Shown here: one piece after another, positions 29,940 to 39,261 of the stretch
How positions within the stretch are numbered: the first letter of the stretch is position 1
Layout: every line of letters begins with the position of its first letter
DNA from: an uncultured Verrucomicrobiae bacterium
GTDB taxonomy: Bacteria; Verrucomicrobiota; Verrucomicrobiia; Limisphaerales; JAFGQR01
Length of the DNA: 64,000 nt
Assembly: GCA_963788655.1 (NCBI GenBank)
Contig: CAWBHS010000057.1
Span: 96,001 to 160,000 of the forward strand
Reading direction: 5' to 3'
Position numbers and translations under genes: made by a program
The notes under the pieces: model-generated
The model's database searches: none
What the model was told of the DNA's origin: nothing
Seen by the model: only the letters and a program-made list of their open reading frames with translations

Positions 29940-31334
29940 TGTTTGGGTTTCTCCAAAGGGTACCCGGCGCACTTCCAGGCTTGCATGCTCCCGGGAACAT
30001 TGCAGACGCGTTCGAAGCCTTCCTGTTGCAAAATGCTGGCGGCAATGCTCGCGCGGAAACCGCTGCCGCAGTAGGTGACTACCGGTTCGGCGCGATTCAG
30101 ATCCTTCGCCTGTTTCCGCAGGTCCGGCACGAAGATATGCCGGGCGCCGGGAATATGCCCCGTCGCCCATTCACTGGGGGTGCGCACGTCGAGCACCTGC
30201 ACGTTGGCGCCGAGGCGCTTCAATTCATGCACGCTCATTTGCGGCGTCTCCACAAAGGGCAGGCCCGCGGTCTCCCAGGCGTTCATGCCGCCGGCAAGAT
30301 AACCGGCAAAATTCGTAAAGGCGGTGCGCCACAGCAAGGTCACAACGGGTTCCAGCCGGTCATCGCTGTCGAGCACGAGCAGTATCGAATCACTAAATTC
30401 GAGCAGGCGTCCCGCCCACACGGAAAGTTCGGGGCGTGCGGCAATGTTCAACGCGCCGTCAATATGCCCGCCGCCGAAGCTCAACATGTCCCGCGTATCG
30501 AGCAACACGTGCTGTCCGCTTTCCACCGCTTGCTGGAATGCCTTTGCCGGCAGTGCGGGAATGGGCGGTAATCCCCCGAATGTCTTGGATCCTGCCGCAT
30601 TGACCTGTTTCATCGGCCGGTAATGCCGTGGCTCGGGCGGCGCGGTGGCCAGCACTTTTTGCGTAAACTGCTTTCGGTCGCTTATTCCCAAGTAGGGATT
30701 GAACTGCTTTTCATACCCAATCGTGCTGCTCTTGCGGTCCCCAATGTCCGGGCCGCACGCGGAGCCGGCGCCGTGTCCGGGATACAGAATGACGCCGTCG
30801 TCGAGCTGCCAGTAAAATTCGCGGATGCTTTTGAAGAGTTGTCCCGCCAGTTCTTCGGTCTCGTCTTCGCCCAGCAAATCCGGACGCCCCACGGAATCGA
30901 CGAACACCGTGTCACCCGAAAAGACGCCAAAGGACTTCTTACGCCGGGCTTCGGCGATGAGAAAGGAAATGTGCTCCGGTGTATGACCGGGCGTATGCCG
31001 GGCCGTCAGCACCACGTCGCCCAACTCAAAGGTCTGGCCGTCGGTTACCTTTTCAGTAGCGAAGCCGGTACTGGGCGCCGCCCGCATGGCTAACGCAAAT
31101 GGGGATCTCGCCCAGACGGTGACTTAACTCGCGCGCCCCGCTCATGAAGTCGGCGTGGATATGAGTTTCGAAAATTTGCGTGATGGCCACGCGATGTTGG
31201 CGGGCCAGTTGAAGGTAGATATTGCAGTCCGGCCGGGGATCGATAACCACCGCCGTGCCCGCCCTGCTGTCGCCCACCAGATAGGACAGTTGGGCGATGC
31301 CTTCGGTATGGACGCGTTCGAAGATCAATGACAT
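29936..31334 (-). CDS. MBL-fold persulfide dioxygenase-like hydrolase fused to two rhodanese domains; frameshift near 31067
   Basis: ETHIHADF, HTPGHTPEH, GDTVFVDSVGRPDL, PGHGAGSACG; C-terminal rhodanese with YCGSGFRA. Confidence 0.9.
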
Positions 31335-31340
31335 GACCGT

Positions 31341-31676
31341 TTAGCTTCGTTTGGATTTCTCGTTGTTCTTTTGGCTGCGGCGGTGCGGCGATCCATCGTG
31401 GCCCCGCACAAGCTTGCGATATTGCTCCTTGGTGGCCATGATCTTTTGCTTCTGTGGCGCCGGCAGGTTGCGGCCCGCGCGGTTCTGATAAAAGTTCAGC
31501 ATCGAGATGCCCGAGGAAAGCACGCTGCCCTTTTTGCGCTTCGACGATTTGACGGATCGCAGGAGCGACTGGGCGATGGCGTGCGGTGATTTCTTTTGGA
31601 ACAGCCCCGGCTCAAGATCCAGTGCGTCGCTGGAGGATTGAGCTTGGCGCACCCAATTTGTGTTCTTGGTTGGCAT
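31341..31676 (-). CDS. DUF3175 family protein
   Basis: SDALDLEPGLF...IAQSL...SMLNFYQNRAGRNL. Confidence 0.8.
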   Translation of the reverse strand: MPTKNTNWVRQAQSSSDALDLEPGLFQKKSPHAIAQSLLRSVKSSKRKKGSVLSSGISMLNFYQNRAGRNLPAPQKQKIMATKEQYRKLVRGHDGSPHRRSQKNNEKSKRS

Positions 31677-31870
31677 CGCGTGCGAATGACCGTTGGGTTC
31701 GTTGGTCCGCAGTATTCGTCTTCGCCGCCCTTCCCTCCGAAGACATTGGCAGCAACCGGGGAAACTCCCGGAAGCGGCCCGCGCGGGAAGAATGCCGCCC
31801 CACCTTCACACCCGCGGCTGGGGCGGGGGTCAATCGGGGCGGCTTTCCCAGCCGCGGCGCGGCCCATTCA

Positions 31871-33777
31871 TCAACGGTTTTGGATGGTCACATCGTCCTG
31901 CACTCGTTTGACCCCTTTGATGTCCTGAATCTTTTCTTTGAGGTTTTGCAGGGCGGCTTGGGAGTCGGCCTTGCCGTAGAGCTGCACGACGCCATTATCC
32001 ACCTTCGCATGTATGCTGGAACCCGGAGTCGTTCGCACCTCGCGGTCAATCGTGGCCTGGATCTTTCGCTCCAGTTTGCGATCGTCCAATTGCATCAAGT
32101 CCGCGGCGCCTGCGCCTTTTGAAGCGTCCGGGGCGCTTTGATCCAACGTTTGTTGACCGGCATTCTCCTCGCGATTACGGGTATATTGGCGATCTTCCAT
32201 GCGGGTGCCAGAACCTCGCTGAAATGAGGCCTGGCCAAAATAAGCATCGACGCCCTGTTGCCACTGGGCCCGCTGACGCGCGTTCATGAACTGCGCCTTG
32301 GTTGCCGCGATTAACACGGCGTCCCCATTGCGCGCCGGGCGCAAGGCGCGGACCGGCACCAGCACATCGGTTTCACCAATCCCCAATGCGCCGCCGTAAG
32401 AAATGATGGCAAATGGCATTGCGCCGCGTTGCAAGTCCACAATCAAATCACTCACGTTTCCCACCGACTCGCCATCCTGTCCCCTTACGTCCCGACCGAT
32501 CAACGAACTGGCTTTCATGGTCGAGCGATTCCGCTCGTTCAGCATCTGGCGGTTACTACCCGAACGCTCCGGCGGCAGAGCTCCCCGGCGAGACGCCTCG
32601 CGATGGGACCAGCCTGCTTCCTCGCTTTGCCACTCGGGCTCCTGCCCGCGGGCGAACTGCCGGTTCTGCTGGTTGTAGCCCTCATTTTGCTGGTTGTAGG
32701 ATTGATTCGGTTGGTTGTAATGGGCATTCCACGTCTCGGATTGGTGCGGGGCGCCAGTGAAAAAACGATCAATGTCCTGCGCCCACTTTTCCTGCTCCAT
32801 ACCCGTCCAATTGCGGTCGGGCCGCTGGGGTGCGTTCTGAAGCTGCTCCTCGGTCGCCGAGAGCATCAGTTGTTTGCCGCTGGACGACCGCAAGGTGCGA
32901 AGGGGCACGAGGACATTGCTTTTACCCAGGCCCGCTATACCCCCAGTGGCAATCACGGCGAAGGGCGCCTGGCCGCTGCGCAGATTGATGATCAAATCCT
33001 TGACCTCGCCGAGCGATTCGTTCTGGTCATTGGTTACCTTTTTGCCGATGAGCGTGCTGGCGCGGCAGGAGTTGTGGGCGATTTCACTGCGCTCCCAATC
33101 GGAACGTCCTTGCCCGGCTTGCGTCTGATCCTCGTCGGTGTTTTCGCGCGCTGAACGATCCGTGCGACTCGTCTCCTGTTCCCGCGTGTATTGACGGTCC
33201 TGAGCGGATGTCGTGAACCGATCGCGGCGGTACTGGGACTGCGACTGATTGCGGCGGAACGGCTGGCCATAATAGGCATCAATGCCGTCCGCCCATTCTT
33301 CGTTTTGGACCGCGGAAGCCCACGCGCCCTGCGGTTGTTCACTGGCGTTTTCGAATGACTGCTTGGACGCGGACAGCAACAGTTCATTGGCACGATCGGA
33401 CTGGTTCAGATCCTCAATGGGCACCAGAACATCCGTGGCGCCGATCCCCAATGCCCCACCGGTACGTAATGATGGCAAATGGGGCCCGCCCCGCGGCGAG
33501 GTTGACGATCAAGTCATTGACCTTGCCGAGGTTCTCGCCTTGGTCGTTCTTGACCGCTTTGCCCATCACGTCGCTCGCTCGGCATGTTTCCTTGGGCATT
33601 CGGCGAGCTCCGCGGCTGCGGGATGTTTCTTGGTACATGTCGATCGCCCTGGTCATGACTGCGCTGGCCCTGATACGACTGATCACCCGTGCGACCGGAC
33701 TGGGCGCCGGCGTTGACGGTCAGCATCACGCCGGTGGCCGCTAGGACGACGGCAAATTGATGTAATTGAATTCTCAT
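31871..33777 (-). CDS. Secreted protein with three PRC-barrel domains and a C-terminal BON domain; frameshifts near 33640 and 33465
   Basis: Signal peptide MRIQLHQFAVVLAATG; three RAS.L.G..V.N..GE.LG.V.DLI.NL repeats; C-terminal IHAKVDNGVVQLYG...IKGVKRVQD. Confidence 0.82.
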
Positions 33778-33858
33778 GTATATCCTTATGTTTTTGTCGA
33801 TTGATGGGTACAATGTTTTCACGCCGCCGTTCGCGGCGGCCCGATGAGTATCTTAATA

Positions 33859-33873
33859 GCCATTGACATGCCA
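33859..33873 (-). promoter_or_regulatory. Putative sigma54 promoter for the PRC-BON unit
   Basis: Minus strand TGGCAT-GTCAA-TGGC(T). Confidence 0.65.
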
Positions 33874-33985
33874 TCGGCTTGAAAGACTGGTGGCACGCAC
33901 CGTTCACCCGCGTACTTCTGTGCCATTCGGACCTTCGCTCGTTTCAACCGGTTGGCAGACGGCGGAGAACACCGGTCGATTGAAA

Positions 33986-34028
33986 TGCAAAGTGCAATTC
34001 TCCCCACCGCCGAAGCCTGCATTCTGCA
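33986..34028. promoter_or_regulatory. Tandem TGCA-N3-TGCA palindromes
   Basis: TGCAAAGTGCA (33986) and TGCATTCTGCA (34018), 32 bp apart. Confidence 0.65.
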
Positions 34029-34051
34029 TAATGAGGGCTTCATAAAACGAT

Positions 34052-34960
34052 TCACGCATGGTCGAGTTGCAAGGCCCGGCCATAGGCCGCCTGCGTAAAG
34101 GCCGCGAAAGCCTGGTCGAGGTTCAGGGCGGGAAATTCCATCTGTTCGAGATCCGTGGTGCCCAAGCCGAGCCGGCCCGCCTCCCACAAGTGATGGACGC
34201 CACGGACCGTGAATCCCAACAGCATCGCTCCCACCACGTCGGCGGCGATTGGATCGTTGCTGGCCATGGCCAGCCCGGTTTCCACCGTATGTCCGCCAAT
34301 GGGTCCGAGGCCAACCATCGCCGGATGTCCAACGGTCACGGCGAATTGCGCCGGGAAACGTCGCGCCATGGCGGCGATGAACGAATGCATGTCGTCGAAA
34401 AACTGATGCCCATGTTCGTACGAGCCCCGCGGATGGCCATAGTAATCCGCCGCGGGAAAGGACATGGCGACGTTTTTCAATCCCAAGGTGACAGTCGCCG
34501 TTTCGTGGACTTTGAGTTGGTTCAGCGTGATCAGCGTTTCGTACGTCAACACGCGCGGGTTCACCATGACACTGGACTGGGGGCCTGCCACGTCACGGTT
34601 CGGCGCGTATTCCAGCGTTACTTCCTTAAACGGCGGCCGGTTGTGGTCGAAGAATTCCGCGTACTCTTCTTCCACCACATCCATGAGGCCGGCCAGGCGG
34701 AAGATCTCGTCCGTTTCGCCGGCCCCCGAGCCTCCCGTCACCACGAGTTCCTTTGGGTGGAACTGTTTTATGTAACGCAACACGGCCCGTAACGAATCCG
34801 GTTGCGTGACGGCAGTCGTATCGTCCGTATCCGCCCAGGTGTCGTTGGGTTTGATCGCGACGACTTTGTTACGGAGCAGGGACTCGAGGTCAAAATGCCC
34901 CATTGCTTGGACAATGGCGTCTTGGATCTCCCCGTTTTGCGTGATGGCGACTTTGGGCAT
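34052..34960 (-). CDS. DUF362 domain protein
   Basis: KVVAIKPN, QLKVH...VTLGLKN, ASNDPIAAD. Confidence 0.85.
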   Translation of the reverse strand: MPKVAITQNGEIQDAIVQAMGHFDLESLLRNKVVAIKPNDTWADTDDTTAVTQPDSLRAVLRYIKQFHPKELVVTGGSGAGETDEIFRLAGLMDVVEEEYAEFFDHNRPPFKEVTLEYAPNRDVAGPQSSVMVNPRVLTYETLITLNQLKVHETATVTLGLKNVAMSFPAADYYGHPRGSYEHGHQFFDDMHSFIAAMARRFPAQFAVTVGHPAMVGLGPIGGHTVETGLAMASNDPIAADVVGAMLLGFTVRGVHHLWEAGRLGLGTTDLEQMEFPALNLDQAFAAFTQAAYGRALQLDHA

Positions 34961-34979
34961 AAGACACTGTGCGGTCGGT

Positions 34980-35663
34980 TCAATGGGCGTGCTGCGCATG
35001 ATGGGCATGCTTCGCCATTTCTTTCGGATTGTGCATGCCTTCTTTGATGCCCCAATGAATGAGGAGAACGTTCACCGGGTAAGCCGCCAGCAACCCCATG
35101 GAGAGGGAAATGATCAAGCTGCTCCAAAAGAGCGGATCGTTCCAACCGGCCTTGCCGCCCAGCCAAAGGTCCACGCCAACGGCGACAATTTCCATCACCG
35201 CGATGCTAGCCGATTCGCTGTACGCCGCGTCTCGCAATGCCTGGCTCCAGCTTTCTCCCTCCTGCAACAACGGGCCCATGGTCAGCGCAAACCCCATCGC
35301 ATACGCCAATACGAACGTAATGCCGCTGATCCACCAGTTGGAGAGGGAAAGCAAGCCGGCGGCAATCATAACGCCAATAACTTCACCGGCGCCGCAGCCC
35401 GAATAGCAATGGGCAACCGAACGAAAGCCTTTTCGCCAAAGGGAGTCGCGAGTAATCTGCTTTCGTCCCGAGCCATAGTAAATGGCCAACCCGACGGGGC
35501 CGGAGTAGAGGACGGTCAGGATCCACACGACCTTCATCAGCGACATCAACTCCGGGTTCCGGCTGCGCAGATCGTAAATCACCACCGCGAGGCAAATCAA
35601 CATCACCGTCACCCAGACTCCCATGACCCACAAATTCGTAATCGCCGCGCGGAGCGTTTCCAT
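34980..35663 (-). CDS. DUF4396 membrane protein
   Basis: HCYSGCGAGEVIG, SIAVMEI, AYPVNVLLIHWGIKEGM, His-rich tail. Confidence 0.85.
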   Translation of the reverse strand: METLRAAITNLWVMGVWVTVMLICLAVVIYDLRSRNPELMSLMKVVWILTVLYSGPVGLAIYYGSGRKQITRDSLWRKGFRSVAHCYSGCGAGEVIGVMIAAGLLSLSNWWISGITFVLAYAMGFALTMGPLLQEGESWSQALRDAAYSESASIAVMEIVAVGVDLWLGGKAGWNDPLFWSSLIISLSMGLLAAYPVNVLLIHWGIKEGMHNPKEMAKHAHHAQHAH

Positions 35664-35885
35664 ACAGCCTCGTCTCGCTTGCCAATGGCTGTGACCGGAA
35701 CGGACTTACCCCTCGGCGGGCGCTTGGCCAAGCTCGGCCACGTGGTTCCCGCTACGGTTAACCAAGGCGAAACGCACCGGGAGAAGGTGCCGTGATGCTA
35801 CTTCCCGCACGTAATTCACCCCGTCCGCTGCGCGCTTCTGGTTCTCCGTTCCGGTCATTCTTTGCATCCAGTCTCAGCCCATGGC

Positions 35886-36380
35886 TTACACCGCTTGGGC
35901 GGCTTTGGGATTCGCGGAGGCTGACGCGAGCTGGGTCAGCTTTTGGTCGGCGGCTTTTTCCTCGGCGAGGTTTTCTTTCAGCAGCGAGAGCGCCTCGGTG
36001 TGGCCCATTCGTTTGGCCCAGGCGCAGAGGCTGCCGTAAGAAGCCACCTCGTAATGCTCCGTCTTCTGGGCGGCGCAAATCAAAGCGGCATTTAATTCCT
36101 CGGATTGCTTGTGTTGGGACATCACTTCTTCGCCCTCGGCAATGATTCCCTCGATCCCTTTGCATTTTTTCCGTTTGGGCGATTCGTCCAACGATTGAAA
36201 CACTTGATCCAGGCGAGAGACGTGATTCTCCGTTTCTTTAAGGTGCATTTCGAAGGCTTCCCGCAGCTCGTCACTCTCCGCCGCCTTGGCCAATTTGGGC
36301 AGCGCTTTGGTCAATTGTTGTTCGGCGCTGTACATGTCCGCCAGTTCATCCAAAAACAGTTCGTGCAATCCGTTATTCAT
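35886..36380 (-). CDS. Ferritin-like DUF892 (YciE/YciF) protein
   Basis: LADMYSAEQQL, HLKETENHVSRL, AQKTEHYEVASYG, EEKAAD. Confidence 0.93.
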   Translation of the reverse strand: MNNGLHELFLDELADMYSAEQQLTKALPKLAKAAESDELREAFEMHLKETENHVSRLDQVFQSLDESPKRKKCKGIEGIIAEGEEVMSQHKQSEELNAALICAAQKTEHYEVASYGSLCAWAKRMGHTEALSLLKENLAEEKAADQKLTQLASASANPKAAQAV

Positions 36381-36460
36381 AATATCTCGAGTTTTCGTTT
36401 AGTTGTTTGAGAGGCGACGGCGGGCTTTACGCCATACCCGTCCCTGAGATAAATCATAGA

Positions 36461-36475
36461 GCCGTAACCGTGCCA
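36461..36475 (-). promoter_or_regulatory. Putative sigma54 promoter for DUF892-DUF4396-DUF362
   Basis: Minus strand TGGCAC-GGTTA-CGGC(T). Confidence 0.65.
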
Positions 36476-36542
36476 CGAGGCTGGCTTCGGGAGAGGGCCT
36501 GAAGATCAACACACTCACGCAAGCGCTCCCTCCAACTGCTCA

Positions 36543-36585
36543 TGCAGAATGCATTAAACTCGCCCCAAAGCTCATGCAAGTTGCA
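36543..36585. promoter_or_regulatory. Tandem TGCA-N3-TGCA palindromes
   Basis: TGCAGAATGCA (36543) and TGCAAGTTGCA (36575), 32 bp apart. Confidence 0.65.
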
Positions 36586-36852
36586 GCGGGTTTTGCGAAT
36601 GATCTCCTGGGGTGAACATGGCGGCAGAGCCAAGGCCGCCCTCACCACTTCACAAAAATCCTCTTTGGAAATCCCTCCACGCCGCCCGTCCCAATGATGG
36701 AGTTGGGCTAGCGGATTCCACGATTCCGAGTTGCGTTTTCCGCGGTGGGAAGAATCAGGTTTGATCTGATTGTAGCGGGGCCACTTTGCAGTAGGCTTGA
36801 GCGTATGACTTTAAGCGCAACGCAACAACCGGAGCGTCCGGAACCGGCGTCT

Positions 36853-37347
36853 ATGAAAACGATAATTATCTACGTTGACACCGCCATGGCGGCGGCGGTG
36901 AATGCGACATTGGACAGCGTATCAAGCCAGGCAAACGAGTGGTGCCAGTGGCACGTGCAGCCATGGCGGGCGGAGGGGTTGAAGCTCCCGCTCGCCGCGA
37001 CGGAAGCGCTGACGGAAGCCGCCGATGCGCACGTCGTGGTCTTCGCCCTGGCACAATCCAGGGTCCTCCCCGGGTGGTTGATTGACTGGCTGGAATGATG
37101 GGCGCAAGGCCGGCACATCCCCGATGCTGCCGTGGCGGTGTACGGGCGCACCCCCGGCCACGCCGTTTGGCGGGATGGCGAGGACGATTTGTTGGATTTC
37201 GCCTCCCGCCATGGTTTGCCCCTCATCATGGACCCGGCTAGCCTGGTCGAAACTGAAACCGCCTCCGGATTTCACTTCCCCTCTGAACGCGGGTCTTCTG
37301 GCAGCGATGAACATCCTGGCTGGGGAAGGAATGAATCAACCGCATAG
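36853..37347 (+). pseudogene. Verrucomicrobial hypothetical protein interrupted by in-frame TGA (37096-37098)
   Basis: ORFs 36745-37098 and 37132-37347 share a frame and read ...WLIDWLE*WAQGR...FASRHGL...WGRNE. Confidence 0.55.
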
Positions 37348-37599
37348 CCGGCACAGCGCTACGGCTGATTGGTAAGAGCATTGCCGGTTTTCAAGGCGGG
37401 GAGGCGGCTCTTCCACAGCGGCATTTTGAGGTCCAACTTTGTTTCACCATGTCCGTTTATGCCCCCCAATAAAGGCCCGGCGACATCCGACGATGCTGCA
37501 CAAGGCAGTTGAGATTCCCAAATGATTGTCCTAAGTTGCGCTGTTCCTTGGTCGTAATGAGGAACGAATGAAACAAACAATAAACGACCTACAAAACCC

Positions 37600-38040
37600 A
37601 TGAGTACGACAACAAATCGAGTCATCCAACCCTACCTGTTCTTCAACGGGCGCTGCGAAGATGCGGTGAACTTCTACAAACGTGCGCTCGGAGCCGAAGT
37701 GCAGATGATGATGCGTTACAAGGAAAGCCCGGAACCGTCCTCGCCAGATCATCCGATGCCGCCGGATTGGGGCGACAAGATCATGCACGCGAGCATGAAG
37801 ATCGGTGAAACCGTGGTGATGGCCTCCGATGGTTGCGACGAGAAGACCTTGTTCCAGGGATTCTCCCTTTCGATCACCGTCCCGGACGAGGCGGATGCGG
37901 ATCGCGTGTTCGCCGCGCTGAGTGAAGGCGGGCAGGTTCGGCTGCCGCTGACCAAAACGTTTTGGTCGCCGCGCTTCGGCATGTTGCAAGACAAGTTCGG
38001 CGTGGGCTGGATGATCGGGGTGATGCCGGCCAGCACGTGA
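37600..38040 (+). CDS. VOC family protein (PhnB/YjdN-like)
   Basis: IQPYLFFNGRCEDAVNFY, IMHA, TFWSPRFGMLQDKFGVGW. Confidence 0.92.
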   Translation: MSTTTNRVIQPYLFFNGRCEDAVNFYKRALGAEVQMMMRYKESPEPSSPDHPMPPDWGDKIMHASMKIGETVVMASDGCDEKTLFQGFSLSITVPDEADADRVFAALSEGGQVRLPLTKTFWSPRFGMLQDKFGVGWMIGVMPAST

Positions 38041-38095
38041 CACACGGATGCCGCCTGCGGCCTAGCGGGCAACGCAGCGCGCTGCCCAAGAATCC

Positions 38096-38120
38096 GTAGC
38101 GGCAGGCAGTCTTGCCTGTC
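38096..38120 (+). repeat. Single GTAG-type REP palindrome
   Basis: GTAGCG-GCAGGCA-GTCT-TGCCTGT-C, intergenic. Confidence 0.45.
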
Positions 38121-38150
38121 ACTGCAAATGCAACTGGAAAGCAAAAGCGC

Positions 38151-38603
38151 ATGAGCAACGGCGCATCACAAACAATGGAAACTCAAGGCGCCAAGGGAAA
38201 TTCGTTCGACCGCGTTGGGCCGGCCATCGTGCGAGTGCTGTTGGGCCTGATGTTCCTCGTGTTTGGCTTAAATGGCTTCTTGAACTTCATGCCGGCGCCG
38301 AAGGATATGCCCCAGGACATCCTGACGGTGATGGGGGCTCTGATGCAGGCGGGATATATGAACGTGGTTTCGGGGGCAGAAGTGATCGTCGCCGTGTTGT
38401 TGCTGACGAACCGCTTCGTGCCGCTAGCCCTGGCGCTGCTCGCGCCGATCATCGTTGGCATCCTGACGTTTCACATCGCCATGCAGCCAGCGACGATTGG
38501 TCCCGGCATCGTTGTCACCGTCATGGAATTATATCTGGCCTGGGCCTACCGCAGCGCGTTCAAGCCAATGCTCCGCGTGCGCACCAGGCCAGGCGACAAC
38601 TGA
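38151..38603 (+). CDS. DoxX family membrane protein
   Basis: RVLLGLMFLVFGLNGF, NRFVPLALALLAP...FH. Confidence 0.85.
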   Translation: MSNGASQTMETQGAKGNSFDRVGPAIVRVLLGLMFLVFGLNGFLNFMPAPKDMPQDILTVMGALMQAGYMNVVSGAEVIVAVLLLTNRFVPLALALLAPIIVGILTFHIAMQPATIGPGIVVTVMELYLAWAYRSAFKPMLRVRTRPGDN

Positions 38604-38638
38604 ACATCAAACCATCCCATCGAAAGAAACAAAAGATT

Positions 38639-39085
38639 ATGCCCAATAACACGATTAAGCTTCACCGCGTGCTTCGCTCCCCACCCGAGCGAGTCTATTG
38701 CGCATTCCTCGATGCCGACGCGATGACCAAATGGCTTCCACCCAACGGATTCACCGGCAAGGTGCATCACCTGGACGCCAAAGTGGGCGGCAGCTACAAA
38801 ATGTCGTTCACTAATTTCACCACGGGCAAGAGCCACTCCTTTGGCGGGAGCTATCTTGAACTCGTGCCCAACGAGCGTATTTGCCACACCGACAAATTCG
38901 ACGACCCAAATCTGCCTGGCGAGATGCGCGTGACGATCCAGTTGAAGAAAGTCTCGTGCGGGACCGAATTGACTGTCGTGCAGGAGGATGTCCCCGCCGC
39001 AATTCCTGTCGAGGCTTGCTATCTTGGCTGGCAGGAATCACTGGTGCTTTTGGCGAAATTGGTTGAGGCGGAGATTCCGGATTAG
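38639..39085 (+). CDS. SRPBCC (AHSA1-like) family protein
   Basis: PERVYCAFLD...KWLPPNGF...CYLGWQESL. Confidence 0.92.
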   Translation: MPNNTIKLHRVLRSPPERVYCAFLDADAMTKWLPPNGFTGKVHHLDAKVGGSYKMSFTNFTTGKSHSFGGSYLELVPNERICHTDKFDDPNLPGEMRVTIQLKKVSCGTELTVVQEDVPAAIPVEACYLGWQESLVLLAKLVEAEIPD

Positions 39086-39261
39086 TGAATAACCCAGAAC
39101 AGATAGACTCGTTGACAGTTTTGCTTTATCACGAGGGGCTCGCCGAAGAACTCGGCTGACGGCTCAGGGATCGCGCGTCGCCCGGTCGCCGCCAGGAGCG
39201 CCGTTGGAACCAGAGCTGGTTCGGGAGAAAAACCATTTCGAAAACAACAGCCAAAGCAAAA

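Noticed and set aside
33891..33925. Additional TGGCAC hexamers as sigma54 promoters
   Set aside because: They lack GC at the required GG-N10-GC spacing.
37096..37098. Selenocysteine codon
   Set aside because: No Cys/redox motif context and no evident SECIS; a nonsense mutation is simpler.
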